A stretch of DNA of 55,413 bases from Prorocentrum cordatum (Eukaryota): positions 62,001 through 117,413 of the forward strand of contig CAUYUJ010000162.1 in NCBI GenBank assembly GCA_963575745.1, in the 5' to 3' direction. How positions within the stretch are numbered: the stretch's first letter is position 1; the number at the start of each line of letters is the position of its first letter. The notes beneath the pieces were generated by a model that did not search any database, was not told the DNA's origin, and was given only the letters and a program-made list of their open reading frames with translations. The position numbers and the translations under genes were made by a program. Below are positions 12,514 to 25,640 of the stretch, piece after piece.

Positions 12514-13621
12514 GAGGAGGAGGAGGAGGAGGAGGAGGAGGAGGAGGGGGAGGGGGAGGAGGAGGAGAAGGAGGAGGAGGGAGAGGAGGAGGAGGAAGAG
12601 AACATGAATCATGTTACGAGAAGGAGGCCCAGGAAACGGAAGAGCGAGGTACGCGAGGAGTGGACGAGGGTGAGAAGGAGGAGAGGAGAGGAACGAGGAG
12701 GAGAGGAGGAGGAGGGGAGGATGAAGAGGACGAGAAGGGGAGGAAGGAAAAAAGAGGGAGGAAGGTTTTTTTTAATTACGGGAGGACGGTTGGTAGGGCC
12801 CGGAGGAGGAGGAGGAGGAGGGGAGAAGGAGGAGGAGAAGGAGGTGAGAGGAGGATGAGGAGGAGGGGAGGAGGAGGAGGATGAGGAGGAGGAGGAGAGG
12901 AGGAGGGGAGGGAGGAGGAGCACGAGGAGGAGGAAGAGGAGGAGGAGGAGGAGGAAGGGGGGAGGAGGTGGGGGGAGGAGGGGGAGGAGGGGAAGGAGGA
13001 CGAAGGAGGAGGCGGGAGGGGGAGGGACAGGAATGGGAGCGACGGGAGGAGGGTAGGAGGAGGGAGGGAGGAGGGGTAGGCAGGAGGAGGAGGTAGGAGG
13101 AGGAGGAGGGGAGGAGGAGGATGGAACGGAAGAGGAAGGAGGAGGGGGAGGGGAGGGCACGAGGAGGGGAGAGGAGGAGGAGGAGGAGATGGAGGAGGGG
13201 AATAGGAGGAGGAGGAGGAGGAGGAGGAGGAGCGGAGAACGGAGGACGAGGCCACGAGGAGAAGATGGAACGCAGGTGGAGGAGGGGAGGAGAAAGGAGA
13301 AAGGGGTGGGAGGAGGAGCGAGGAGGAGGAGGGGGGGGAAAGGTGGGCGAGGAGGAGGAGGGGGAGGTGATGGAAGAGGAGGAGCAGGAGGAGGAGGAGG
13401 AGGAGGAGGAGGGGAAGGTGATGGAAGAGGAGGAGGAGGAGGAGGAAGGCCAGGCGCCAGCTCTCCCCGAGATCCCTTTGTCCGCCTCGCCACGCGCTCG
13501 ACATGATGGGCGAGCTCCGCCCATCCCCACGGGGCCTCGGGTCGCCCGGGGGACACCGACATGTGACGGGCCCAGAATCGGAGTCGACGACGGGGGCGAA
13601 TAGCTGGTGGGGACAAAATTA

Positions 13622-13818
13622 GAAGACGAAAAAGGCAGCATAAACATAAACTGTTGGCGCTCCGCGCGGATTTCTTGGATCTCGTCTGGACCCCCCTCCC
13701 TGGCGCGCGGAAAACGCGCCAGGGGCGGCGCTGGAGGCGCCGCTGGGAGGGGGCCCAGCGGGAATCCAAGAAATCCTCGCGGAGCGCCAAACGTTTACGT
13801 TGATGCTCTGTGTTCTTC
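13622..13818. mobile_element. MITE family C (long TIR ...GGCGCTCCGCGCGGATTTCTTGGAT)
   Basis: The two halves are inverted. Related copies at ~19589-19795, 34271-34500 and 36276-36448, plus a partial at ~23950-24070. Confidence 0.75.
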
Positions 13819-15096
13819 GAAATACATGTGTCCAGGGTGGCCACTGATCCATGTCTTCGGCGAGGCTGCCGGGCGAATGCGCGTCATGCCCGCCCCCGGG
13901 CGATTCGCCCTCATCGTCGCCGCTGCATCGTCGCCGCTGACAGAAAAAAAAAAAAATAAAAAAAAAAAAAAAAATAAAAAAAACGGGCGGGCGAGGGAGC
14001 CCTGTGTTGTTTTGTTGTTTTTTCCTTTGTTGGTTTCTTTGTTTTGTGTTTTGTTCTTGTTTTTTGTCTCTTTTTTGTTTTTTTTTTTTTCAGATAGGGG
14101 TGGACTTCCTCCAGGCATGGGGCCCTGCCCACTACCTTCCCGTGCAGCTTTTCACGCTAAGCCTCCCCTCCCCCCCTCCCCCCTCCACCCCCCCACAACC
14201 CCCCCCCCCACCACCCCCCCCCCCCCCCCACCCCCCGCTCCCCCCGCATCCCAACCCCTTTCCCCCCTCCTCCTCTCCTCCCTCCTCACTCCCCACCCCC
14301 CCCTCTGGCTCCTTTTCCTCACTCTCACCTCCACTACCGCCTCTCTCTCCGTTCCCACCATCCTCCTCTCTTCCCACCCCCCCCCTCAACCTCCCTTCCC
14401 CTACCTCGGTGCGGGTCCTCCTCCTCCTCCTCCTCCTCCTTCTCCTCCTCCTCCTCCTCCTCCTCCTCCTCCTCGATAGGAGAGGCTCGGGAGAGTTGGC
14501 GGGCTCTGCGCATCGCAGCGCGCCGCGGGGCTGCTCAGCGCAGCCGATCGACCTCCCCTGGACCGCCGGCCCCAACTCCTCGCCTCTTGTCCCTCCATCG
14601 TGCCGTCAACCTCCCGTTGCCACTCCCGCCCCCCGCCCTCACAAGACCCGACGGGGCTATATGTCCTCCTCCTCCTCCTTTCTTCCTTTCTCCATACTCC
14701 TCCTGTTCCTCTGCACGCTCCTCCTCCCTCCTCCGCCTCCCTCCTCCTCTCCCCCTCCTCCTCCTCCTCCTCCTCGTCCTCCTCATCCTCTGTTCTCCTC
14801 CACCCCCTCCTCCTCCTCCTCCTCCTCTCTTCCTCCTATTCCTCCTCTCCTCCTCCTCCTCCTCATCCTCCTCCCTCTCTTCCTCCTCCCTCCTCCTCCT
14901 CCTTCCTCCCCCCCTCCCCCCCCTCCTCCTCCTCCTCCTCCTCCTCCTCCTCCTCCTCCTCCCCCTCGAAGGAGAGGCTCGGGAGAGGTGGCGGGCTCTG
15001 CGCATCACAGCGCGCCTCGGGGCCGATCAACCTCCCCTGGGCCGCGGGTCCTAACTCCTCGACGTGTCCATCCATCGTGCCGTTACCCTCCCATGG

Positions 15097-15257
15097 TTAG
15101 GTCGGGCATGTCCCCCTGCAGGCGGATCTGGACGAAAAATAACACAGCGCTCGAACAAGGAGCAAATATATTTCAAACGTACTCGAAAAAACGCCCTCAG
15201 GCTATTTTGTTGCCTACTTTTGAATACTCCTCCTGTAGAGGGACACGCCCGACTTGA
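15097..15257. mobile_element. MITE family A, 8-bp TSD, with empty paralogous site nearby
   Basis: TIRs present, flanks TCCCATGG/CCCTGTGG. An uninterrupted copy of the host repeat is at ~14594-14650. Confidence 0.85.
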
Positions 15258-16973
15258 CCCTGTGGCCACTCCGCCCCCCGCCCTCACAGGCCCTCCTCTA
15301 CCTATGTTGGGGGGCCCGACCACAGGAAACCTTCCACAAGAAGCCCAGCCCTGCGGCCCAAGGAACTCCGCTGATCGTTGATGCAATGACCGTCACGCTT
15401 CCCATAGCGAAGCCATCGAAGCCCAAGAAGCCCGGGAGGCGCTTTTCATATCCAATCCGTTCCACTGCAGCTTCGGCTCTGACATCTTGCAGCGCGGAGA
15501 GCGCTTAGCACCGAGGCCACATCCCATCATAGCAGAGTGGCGGGCCGCGCAAAACAGCAAACATCGTCCACGGAGGAGGAGGACGAGGAGGAGGAGGAGG
15601 AGGAGGAGGAGGAGGAGGAGGAGGGGAAGAGGAGGAGGAGGAGGAGGAGGAGGAGGAGGAGGAGAGGAGGAGGAGGAGGAGAGGGAGGAGGAGGAGGAGG
15701 GGGAGGGGGGAGGAGGAGGAGGAGGAGGAGGAGGAGAGAGGAGGAGGGAGGAGGAGGAGGAGGAGGCGAGGAGGAGGAGGAGGAGGAGGAGGAGGAGGGA
15801 GGAGGAGGAGGGAGGGGGAGGAGTCTTGAGTCAACTACTGCACCTCATTCCTTGGTGCTTCTTGGCATGGGTCTCCACGTCTCCACCGTGCCCTCTCGGG
15901 GCCCCGCTCCCGCCTCGCCCTCTCTCTCTCTCTCTGTCTCTCCGCGGCGGGCGAGCCCGCGGGGGCAAAGCGGCGGAGGGGCGGGCCTTCTCGGAAGGCT
16001 CGGCAGCCCACCCGCCCTCCGAGAAGCCCCGCCCTGCCCTCTGAGAGGAAGGCCTTCTTCTTCTCACTTCCCCCTCTGCATCTCCATCCCGCCCTCTGCG
16101 CCTCCCCTCCCTCGCACCCTCTGCTGTTCCCCGCTTCCTCCGCTCACCTCGGCCCCGCCCCATCACTCTCCTGTCCCTCTGCCCCCCGATATCCTCTCGT
16201 GCTCTCTCTTTCTCTCTCTCTCTCTCTGTCTCTCTTTCTCTCTCTCTCTCTCTCTTCTCCTCACCCTCTCGTGCTCCCCCTCGCTGCCTCTACCCCGCCA
16301 CTCCGCCACTTCCTCGCCCGTCTTCCTCTCCAACTTCCAGGTCACTCGTCCTCCTCGTCCAGCCCAGCTTCCCTGCCAACTTCGTGCCTCCACCGCCTCT
16401 GGCTCCGTGTATCCCTCTCTCCGTTCCCCCGTTCCTCCCCCTCCGTCGTCCTGGACGGCAACCATCGGTCGGACGGAAGGAGGGGTTAGTAGAGGGGAGG
16501 TTAGCAAATCAGCTCACGTGGCTGACTTCTCTGGCACTTCTCTGCGCAGGATGTGCTTGGCGTCGGTGTCAAAACCAGTTGGATGCAGCAGAGCTTGTGA
16601 TCCCCTCTTTCCCAAGTCCATGCCTCCCTGAGATCCGACGTTGCGAAAGCACGCAACACTGCGAAAAATCGCAACCGGAGCCCTGGAGCAGATCTTCGTG
16701 GAACCGCGCCGGGCCCGAAGCCAAGGGCGACAACGCCCGCCGTGAGAGACCTGCAACGCCTAGGCCTCAGGGGAGGAGGGAGGCGGATCAGAAGCTCATC
16801 CCCCCCTCCTTTTTGCGGAACAGTATCCTTCGTAAACGCAATTCGCTGGCCCAGCGGGCAAGAGGCGTGCTAAAACCTGCGGTACAAAAAGATTCCGAAT
16901 GTTTCCGGTTCGCGCCCGCGCGTGGCGGCCGCTGGGGGGGTCCCAAGACGAAGCAAAAACACGGCAAAAAGTC

Positions 16974-17164
16974 TTAAGTCGGGCCTGTCCCCCTACAGGG
17001 GGATTTTCGACGAAAAATAAAGAATACCCCCCAAATAGTCAAACAATAGTCCAAAAATATTCGGGGGATTATTTTCTGCGTATGTTTTGAAACATTTTGG
17101 GGCATTTCTGGGGTACTTTTATTTCTAGTCGAAAATCCCCTGTAGGGGGACATGCCCGACGTAA
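16974..17164. mobile_element. MITE family A, long near-perfect TIRs
   Basis: gtcgggcctgtccccctacagggggattttcgac versus gtcgaaaatcccctgtagggggacatgcccgac. Flanks AAAAAGTC/GCAAAGTC. Confidence 0.9.
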
Positions 17165-18106
17165 GCAAAGTCACGACAAGTCCCTGCAGGGTCCCGGCAA
17201 GTTCGGGTCGGGACTGCCGGAACTCCTGGGCGCGGCCCTGCATGGGGGGCCTCCCGAACGCCCCAGGAGCCGGCGGTGGACAAACCTCCCTTTAGCAAAC
17301 CTCCCCTTAGTGAAGACGGCCTGGGACCGAAACCGACGGACTGGGACCGAAAACGGCCTTAGTGAAAACGGCCTTTAGAAAACCTCCCCTTAGCGAAAAC
17401 GGCCTTAGTGAAAACGGCCTGGGACCGAAAACGGCCTGGGACCTGCAAAAATGGCGGCCGCGACGCCCTCTGGCGAACCGAGCCCCGACGCAGCCCCATC
17501 AAGGAAGGCGCCAAACACGTGGCAGGCCCAACGGCCTCAGGCCAAGAATGCTCCAGCCCAAGATGGCCCAAGTCGGTTCCAAGGCGGTACGCACGAGGCG
17601 CTCAAGACGCCCCAGGAAGGCTCCGAGAGGACCCCGGGTGTGCCCGAGGAGGCAAAGTTCCTTGATTCTGCTATGGTTGGAAAGTTTGGTGTTGCTGCCT
17701 CTTGAAACTTCCGACCGTCAAGGACGGCCCAAGAGGCCCCCGAGGTCGCCCCAAGGTCCCCCCAACCCAAGAAGCTCCCAGGACGGCCCAAGAGGGCCCC
17801 ACGACGGTCCAACCTGCGCTCCGAGAGGGCTCAGGAGGACAGCCCTTCAGCCCGGGTCGTCTTCTGACAGCCCCCGGGCCCGTGGAGGGCCCCGAAACGG
17901 CGAGACACCTCAGGACCCTCTCCCTCGGGATCGTTTTTAAAATAAAAAAAGGACCCGGGGCACTCTGGGAGGGGACCCAAGTTGGGAAGGCCGAAAACAT
18001 CAGGGATAAGGGCTCTCTGAGTCAAACCGCCCCCAGGCTTATGATCCCTAGTGCGAAGGCGGGGACCTCAGTGAGGCAACGTCTTCACAGTGGTATTGGG
18101 TTAGGG

Positions 18107-18264
18107 TAAGGTCGGGCCTGTCCTCCTACAGGGGGATTTTGGACGACAAATTAGAAATAGTCAAAAAATACCCCAGCATGGTCTACCATTAATTGAAACA
18201 TTGTCCCCTTACTAGTTACAATATGTTGACATGTGCTTCCTGTAGAGGGACAGGCCCGACTTAA
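18107..18264. mobile_element. MITE family A, perfect 8-bp TSD
   Basis: GGTTAGGG at 18099-18106 and 18265-18272. Confidence 0.92.
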
Positions 18265-20265
18265 GGTTAGGGTGTCCTGGCGTTGGCACAACTGGGTTAC
18301 TGGGACCTGGTGTAATGATGTGTGCTGGGGGACGCCCCACCACCCGTTCCACGAACCGGAACTGAAACGCAAACCCCGGCAGACCTGGTTTAGTGATTCT
18401 CGCAAATTTAGGGGCTCCAGGGCCCTACTACGAACCGGGTCCCCTTACCTAGAGTCCTGGCTATAGCCGAAAGAACGAGGAGGAGGAGGAGGAGGAGGAG
18501 GAGAAAGAAGGAGGAGAAAGGAGGAGGAGGAAGAGGAGAAAGGAGGAGGAGGAGGAAAAGTGGCATGAGTTTCGTAGATCCAAAAAGTGAGCGGCGAGCG
18601 AAGCTCAACCGTCACCCTCGGCCTCCCAGACAGGAGGAAGGGGCCCTCAGGCGCCAGCACCGACGGTCAGGGGAAAGGCAGATACCTCGTCGCTCAGCGA
18701 CTCGCTGCCCAACCGAGACGGCGTGGTGCGTAGGGGGACAGCCGGTTCACCGCGTCACCGCGCAGTACTTCCCGACCGTCACCCCTGCCGAATCGGATGG
18801 CATGTGCAACTGGGTTTATACCCCAGGGTGAGAGGACACAAGGTCCCAAGGGACTTACGGACCACATGGCCCCGCCTCTCAACCAAATGCACACTCCCCG
18901 TGCCTGGTACCCATCTCCAAGTCACGGGCGCAGCTAACGCGCCGCTGTCACGGGCAAAATGCCACGTGGCTGGTGCAAAAACGACGAAAGCCGGTTTATC
19001 TGCCCCCTGCCGCCGCATGCAATTGACACTGACAGTGTGCCCCGAGGAGTGTGTGGCGCTGAATCCATGAGCACAGGTGTCAGGCCCCCACGCTCGGGGC
19101 AAGGAGGAGGAGGGGGACTAAGAGGACGAGGAGGAGGAGAAGGAGGAGGAGGAGGAGGAGGAGGAGGAGAAACAGGAGGAGGAGGAGAAGGGGGAGGAAC
19201 CTCCGCGACGCTGGGACGTCGGGCGCGGCCTCGCCGCCCCCTCCTGCGGCGAGCCCCGTGCCGTGGCGACCCCTCCCGCCCGCGAGGCTCCCCGCCAGTC
19301 GGGGGGTACTCAAGGTGCCCTCCCCCTCCTCCTCATCCTCCTCCTCCTCCTCCTTTTCCTCCTCCTCCTCCTCCTCCTCCTCTTTCCTCCTCCTCCTCCT
19401 CCTCCTCCTCCTCCGCCTCGTCCTCCTCCTCCTCCTCCCTGCCCCAAGGTGCCCTCCACGTTTCGCGCCAGGTTGGAGCCTCTGGGGCCCTCTGGGCCTC
19501 GCGATGGGGTTCTCCGGAGGCCGTGTGGGCTTCCTTGGAAATCCTGGGGGCACCCTTGGCCAGGGGCAGCACTTCTGGCAACATCCCCGTCGCAGAAGAA
19601 GAACAGCAGCTGCACAAGCATGGACTGTTGGCGCTCCGCGCGGGCTCCTCGAAGCTGCGCTGGGCCCCTCTGCCTGGCGCGCGGCGCGCGCCAGGGGCGG
19701 CGCCGGAGGCGCCGCCGGGGGGCGCCCAGCGCGGATCCGAGACATCCGCGCGGCGCGCCAACAATTGTCGCGTACGGCGGCGTTGCTTCTGCGACTGCGG
19801 CCGCCCGCCCGCCCGCGCCCTGGGGGCCCCGGGGGCGAGGGGAGCGTGAGAGCTCCGAAGTCTGCGGGCGCGCCAAGGTGTGCCGGTCAATGCGAGCGGC
19901 GGGCTGCACCAGTAGCTAATGCAGTGGGAGCTCGACTACAGGACACTTTCCACAAGAAAACGGACCCAGAGATCCCTGGATCTTTCTTTCTTTTTTGGGG
20001 TGGGAGCGCCACGCATTACATTGCAGAGCCATCGAAACCCAAGAAACCCAGGGCATCCTGGAGGCAAGCAGGGTTTTTTCATGGCATGGGTTGGGTTTCC
20101 AATGTAGGTGATACGAAACCAGAACGAGGACAAAATTGGGTGACTATGAGTCGAGAAGCTCGGAGATCTGGCGGTTCTGGAGCATGTCTCGATCGCCGCG
20201 GCCATCTCTGAGCGCTCCCGAACCCTCTTGAACGGACACATCCTCGCCCCAGCCCCGCCCGAGTA

Positions 20266-20434
20266 CAGCCCACTCGTATAATGAGGATGCGCGGTAAGGA
20301 TGCAAGGGCCTTGGAGGGTTAGGTTCATGTTATTCGAACGAGGTTGGCCAGAGAGGGTCGCTAAGGATAAGCCGACTGGGAAAATGCAAGGGAAGCCTTG
20401 GAAAATTGTTCATCCTTTCTATGCGGGTTGACCG
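20266..20434. mobile_element. Tc1/mariner-type MITE (family D), degenerate copy
   Basis: TA|CAGCCCACTCG ... GCGGGTTGACCG|TA. Internal similarity to the 39428-39600 and 51127-51270 copies. Confidence 0.65.
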
Positions 20435-22037
20435 TAGGACCCGCCTCAACCCCACGGAGATCTTCCCCCCTGCAGAAACCAAAAGGTACCGATACCGCGA
20501 CTCCACGGACATCTCCCGGGGTGCATCCTTACCAGAATGTCGAGACGAATCCAGCGGTGGCGACGAGGGCCTCCCGAAAGGAAGGCGGCATCGGTATCCT
20601 TTCCTCCTCGTCCTCCTCCTCCTCCTCCTGCCCTCCCCAGAAGGACGAAGGAGGGGGGGTGATGGAGCAGGAGGAGGAGGATGAGGAGGAGGAGGCGGAG
20701 GAGGAGGAGGGGGAGGAGGGGGAGGAGGAGGAGGAGGAGAGGAGGAGGAGGAGGGAGGAGGGCAGGAGGAGGAGGGGGAGGAGGGGGAGGAGGAGGAGGA
20801 GGAGGAGGAGGAGGAGGAGGAGGAGGAGGGATAATGGGCATCTGCTCCTCCTCTGCCCTTCCCCGCCCAGGCGCGCAGCGCCGGATCCACGGCGGCGCGG
20901 AAGCCGTACGTGTGGGCGGCGGCCTGCGGGCCGAAGTGGTCCTCACGCCCGCGCGCCCCGCGGCGCGGGCGTCCCCTCCTCTTCCGCCACCACCTCCACT
21001 TCCAGCTCCTCCTCCTCCTCCTCCTCAGAATCAAAAGACGGCTCCCCCCCCCCCTCCCTCCTCCTCCTCGAAGCCCTCCCTCCCTTCCTCGCCACCCCAC
21101 CTCCCCTCCTTTCCGCCCTCCCTCCTCCCCCTCCCCTCATCTCACCCCACCTCCCCTCCTCCACCTCCCCTGCCCCCCCTCCCTCCTCCCCTCCGCCACC
21201 TCCTCCCCCTTCCCTCTACTGGCGAACTGGCGAGCCACAATCACTCGTGCACAACTGCGATTAAACAGGCGAAGCATGGGGAGCACGCCACCCGGACTTG
21301 GCTTCTGAGCCATGCGCATAGGACAGAGGACAGGCTAGCGGCAACTTGCTAACCTGGTTAGCCCAAGTAGGCTAAGTGGATACCCCAGTGAGGCGAAGCT
21401 GGATAGCCAACACAGGATAACCTATCTAGCAAGCTACTTAGATAACATACTCATGTGAGCGCAGTCTAACCAGTGCACCAACGCGCTAACCGAGAGCAGA
21501 GCAGCGCGACGATTGCAGCAAAGGGTAGGACCGCAAAAGGGCGGGACAAAGACTCAGCTCACGCGGCGGGTCCGCCCGGCGCCTCCCGGCGGCGGGAGGA
21601 GCCCAGGCATCGAGGAGCGGGCCCGGCGGGCCTGGCGGCAGGCGCAGACAGAAGTTGTATGCAGCAGATGTCGTAGACCCTCCTTTCCCTGTCCCCTTAC
21701 TTCCCTGTCCTAACCTTTCCCTGTCCTAACCTTTCCCTGTCCTACCATTCCGTCTCCTCCATCCTTACCTCCCCCCCCTCCTTCCTCCCCCTTCCTTCCT
21801 TACCTCCCCTTCTCATCCTCCTCCTCCTCCTCCTCATCCTCCTCCTCCTCCTCCATCCTTACCTCCCCCCCCTCCTTCCCTCCCCCATTCCTTCCTTACC
21901 TCCCCTCCTTCTTCCCTTTCTCACCTCCCCCCCCTTCCCCTCCTTCCCGCCCTCCACCCATCCCCTGTCCTGCACCGTCCTCCCGCCCGACCGCTCCACG
22001 CCGCCGCCGAAAACTCGGCCCCCGCCCCCGCTAGGGA

Positions 22038-22304
22038 GGCCACGTGCGAACCCTACCCCTACAGTCGGGGCGTTGCCCTAAGGAACCCTAAATAAGGAAC
22101 GAGGTCCCTTTTTCCCAAAGGTTAAACTTCGATTTCCTCTGAAGAACTTTAAGGAAAACTACGGCAGATTGCACAACAACCAAGGAACACCGAGCCCCTC
22201 CCCAACGAAAAGGGTTCCTTCTTCAGGGCCCCGACTGTAACCCCCACGATTTCTGAGGGGGAAGGTGGGGTTCACTTTGTTCGGGGTAGGGTTCGCATGT
22301 GGCC
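22038..22304. mobile_element. TIR element containing a nested TA-CAGTCGGGG...CCCCGACTG-TA element (22060-22239)
   Basis: Outer TIR ggccacgtgcgaaccctacccc / ggggtagggttcgcatgtggcc. Inner TIR cagtcgggg / ccccgactg. Confidence 0.75.
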
Positions 22305-22320
22305 CCCTGCCCGCTGCGGG

Positions 22321-22655
22321 TAGGTCGGGCGTGTCCCCCCACGAACCGACTGTAGATGACAAATTAGAATGAAGGGGCCCTGGGACACACAAATAAATAC
22401 ACACAAGTAAAAGGATTCCCCATATTTTCATATATTTTCTGGGGTTTTGACTTCCCCCCCACACTTCCCATATTTTCCCATAGTTTCCTGGGAGTGGACG
22501 ATTCACTGTATCTGTATTTTCTCCCCCCCTGATAAAAATAATCCAAACATGCACCAAACATATTTCAACACAGTCTGAAAATAGTTCCCTGACTGCATGT
22601 TTTGGCTATCTTTGAATATTCCCCCTGTAGAGGGACAGGCCGCCGCCCCGCCTTA
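22321..22655. mobile_element. MITE family A, interrupted or degenerate copy
   Basis: taggtcgggcgtgtcc ... ccctgtagagggacagg. The internal insert resembles 38350-38500. Confidence 0.6.
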
Positions 22656-22886
22656 ACCCTACCCGCTGCGGCCGCCGTCCCGCACCCTGCCCCACTCGGG
22701 CCGGGCGAGAGGAGGGGATAGCAAAAAGGGGGGGTGAGAATCAGCTCGCGCAGCTGATTCTCCCGGCGCCTCCTGGCGCCAGGAGGCGCCCACGTATCGA
22801 GGAACGGGCCCGGCGGCCCGGCGGTGGGGCCGAAAACAGCTGCATGCAGCAGATTTCGTACCCCCCCTTTCCCTATCCCCCCCTTT

Positions 22887-23023
22887 CTTGCCGTCGCTCG
22901 GACGTCCATGTCCCGTGCATGTTTCGGTCTCGTGCGTGTTGTTTTCTTTTTGCTCGACTGTCCAGGATGGTCATCGATGGTTCTCGCCGAGAAAACATAT
23001 GCACACGTCCGAGCGATGCCAAG
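22887..23023. mobile_element. MITE family B
   Basis: cttgccgtcgctcggacgt ... acgtccgagcgatgccaag. Flanks CTTT/CTTC. Confidence 0.85.
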
Positions 23024-25051
23024 CTTCTCCTCCGGCCCAGCACTCGGGCTCGGGCATGTCCCCCTACAGCCAAACAGGAAAAACTGGAATGGTCGAACAA
23101 TATTCAAACATAGCTGGGCACATACTCAACAAAACATTCCCAGGCTATTTGTTCCACTATTTTTGCAGCTTGCTCCCGTAGAGGGACACGCCCGACTCGA
23201 ACGCAACACTCGGGTTCGGGGGACTCGAGTTGGCCTGGCGGAGCCACCATGGGAATGATGAGACCCCACCGGAAATTGGACGCGAGCTCCCGCTGCAGCC
23301 GTCCCACGGAAAAACTGGACCGTCAAGATCCAGGACGCGCTCGTCAAGAAGCCATACATACAGGCGAACCCGAGTTCCCGCGTAGTCTTGCGCTTCCCCG
23401 ACCAGTCCGCCGAAAGCGGTCCCCGGGCCAGGCCGCCCAGCGGGCCCCAAGAGGCACGAACGGCGCCAACAGAGGAAGGAATTGCGCACAGCAGGAGCTC
23501 GACCACGAGAACCCCCCCACGAGAAACCCGACCCCGAGACCCCAGGACGTCCACTGATGTCTGGCGTAGGAGCGCCACGCCTTCCATCGCAAAGCCATCG
23601 GATTTCAAGAAACCCAGGGCACCCTTGACACGTCTTCCCAAGGGGACGCCAGCGAAAGGGACTTCTGAGACCGCGGCGTTGCACCTGAGACTTCGAGAAG
23701 TGCGAGCGAAGGCGCCGCGCGGCGACCTTGTGGGCGCAGCCGAGCGGACGTGAGAAATCGGAATCGCCCGTCTCAGAAGTCCCCTTCCCTGGGGCCCCAC
23801 TCTGGAGCCACATGAACCCCGGAGGCATAGAAAAGGGAAACATCAGGAGGGGGACGAGGGAGAGGAGGACAGGGCGGGGAGGAGAGGAGGAGGAGGAGGA
23901 GGAGGAGGAGGAGGAGGAGGAGGAGGAGAAGGAGGAGAGGTCGGATTGCTCGGACCTGTGCCGGGCGCCCCCCTCTGGTGGTGCCTCCGGCGCGCCCCCT
24001 TGCGCGGCGCCTGTGCGCCCCGCGCGACAGTGCGGGCCCCAGCGCCGATCCGAGAAATCCGCGCGGACATCCTCCCCCTCCTCCTCCACTCCTCCTCCAC
24101 CTCCTCCCTCCACTTAGTCCTCCTCACCTCTCTCCTAGTCCTCCCTTCCCTCCCCTCCTCTCCTCCTTCCTCCTCTCACCGCCTATTCTTTCTCCTCCGC
24201 CTCCTCCTCCTCCTCCTCCTCTTCCTCCTCCTCCTCCTCCTCATCCTCCTCCACCCCCTCCTCCTCCTCCTCCTCCTGGTCCTCTCTTGAGCTCCGCGCG
24301 GATCTCTTTGCTCGGCGCCGGGGCCGAGAGAGACAATTCCGCTCACGCAAGTTAGCTCCTCTTCGAGCCAGGGGCGGTTGCCGAGAAGTTTCGCCCGGCC
24401 CCTCCTTCGAGGACTCTCGTACGACAGCTCGGGCCGCAGGTGGCCCATTCGGGTCGAGTCCAGCACCCCAGGGTCGCCCGTGGAGCGCACGCTTGAAATC
24501 GCGGCCATCACGGGCGTTATGGGGGGGCAGGAGGGAGGAGGAGGAGGAGGAGGAGGAGGAGGAGGAGGAGGAGGAGGAGGAGGAGGAGGAGGAGGCGGAC
24601 GAGGAGGAGGAAGCGAAGGCCCGTTCCTGGCCACAGAGAGCCTGGGCCACGAGGAGGGTTCCCCGACCTGGACTTGTGCGGTGAGCGTCCCGAACACCCG
24701 AGCCCCTCCTAAGAGCCCAGCGGTCCTCGTGTCGGCGCCTGGACTGTCAGTGGCCCCTCCTCGAGTAGGGGCTCGACTACAGGACGGAGCTATCAACAGA
24801 AACTGCAGCTTTCCTCGAATCTACGGAGCATGCTCAGAATTCTCCATACCTGTTACGACGGTTCTACGCATTCGCCGTAGCCTCGATGGGGGACATCATC
24901 TCGGGGGTAACCCAACTCTGTAGTCGATGCCCTGCTCGACTCCCGGGACCCCGAAGGGTCCTCCGAGAGCTCCGACGAGCCTCGAGCGGCACTCCTCCGA
25001 GGAGCCTCGAGCTCCGTCGAGCCTCCGCCGCTCGCCCCCCCCCCCCCCCCC

Positions 25052-25151
25052 NNNNNNNNNNNNNNNNNNNNNNNNNNNNNNNNNNNNNNNNNNNNNNNNN
25101 NNNNNNNNNNNNNNNNNNNNNNNNNNNNNNNNNNNNNNNNNNNNNNNNNNN
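25052..25151. other. Assembly gap (100 N)
   Basis: Run of exactly 100 N after a poly-C tract. Confidence 0.99.
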
Positions 25152-25640
25152 GACATCGACCTGGACTCGGCGACGCATCGTGGAGAGATCCGCACTGTAG
25201 GCCCCGACAGCGAAGCTCCGCGTTCCTGGGCTGAGGGGTAACGAGGGTGGGGGCCTGGTTCACCTTAGTTAGGGGGATAACATCGACCTGGACTCGGCGA
25301 CACATCGCGGAGAGATCCGCCCTAGGCCCCGATAGCGAAACCCCAGGATCCCGTCGGCGTGGAATGGGCGACTGAAGGTCGATGCATCCCCCCCCCTGAG
25401 CCTATCCCCCCAAGCGTGTCTTCGTCGCCTGGCTCGCGGGTCTCCAGCGGCCGTCGGGTACCATCCGGGCACCGTCGGACGCCTCTCGGCTAGGCGCAGC
25501 TGCTGGTACGCATCCCGAGGCAGGAAAGTGCCGAGGACAAACAATAGCATCCCCCCCTCGAGCCTACTTATACCCCCACCTGATGTTACCCCTGGATGAC
25601 GCCCTGGGGCCCAAGACGAAGCACGGCGGCGACCCGATGT

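Noticed and set aside
12609..16631. Long ORFs of 300-600 aa rich in poly-P/E/L/S/R, here and throughout the window
   Set aside because: These are translations of stop-free GAG/TCC/CAT microsatellites in high-GC DNA, with no domain signal.
18099..18272. GGTTAGGG telomere-like motifs
   Set aside because: Only two copies, explained as the TSD of a MITE.
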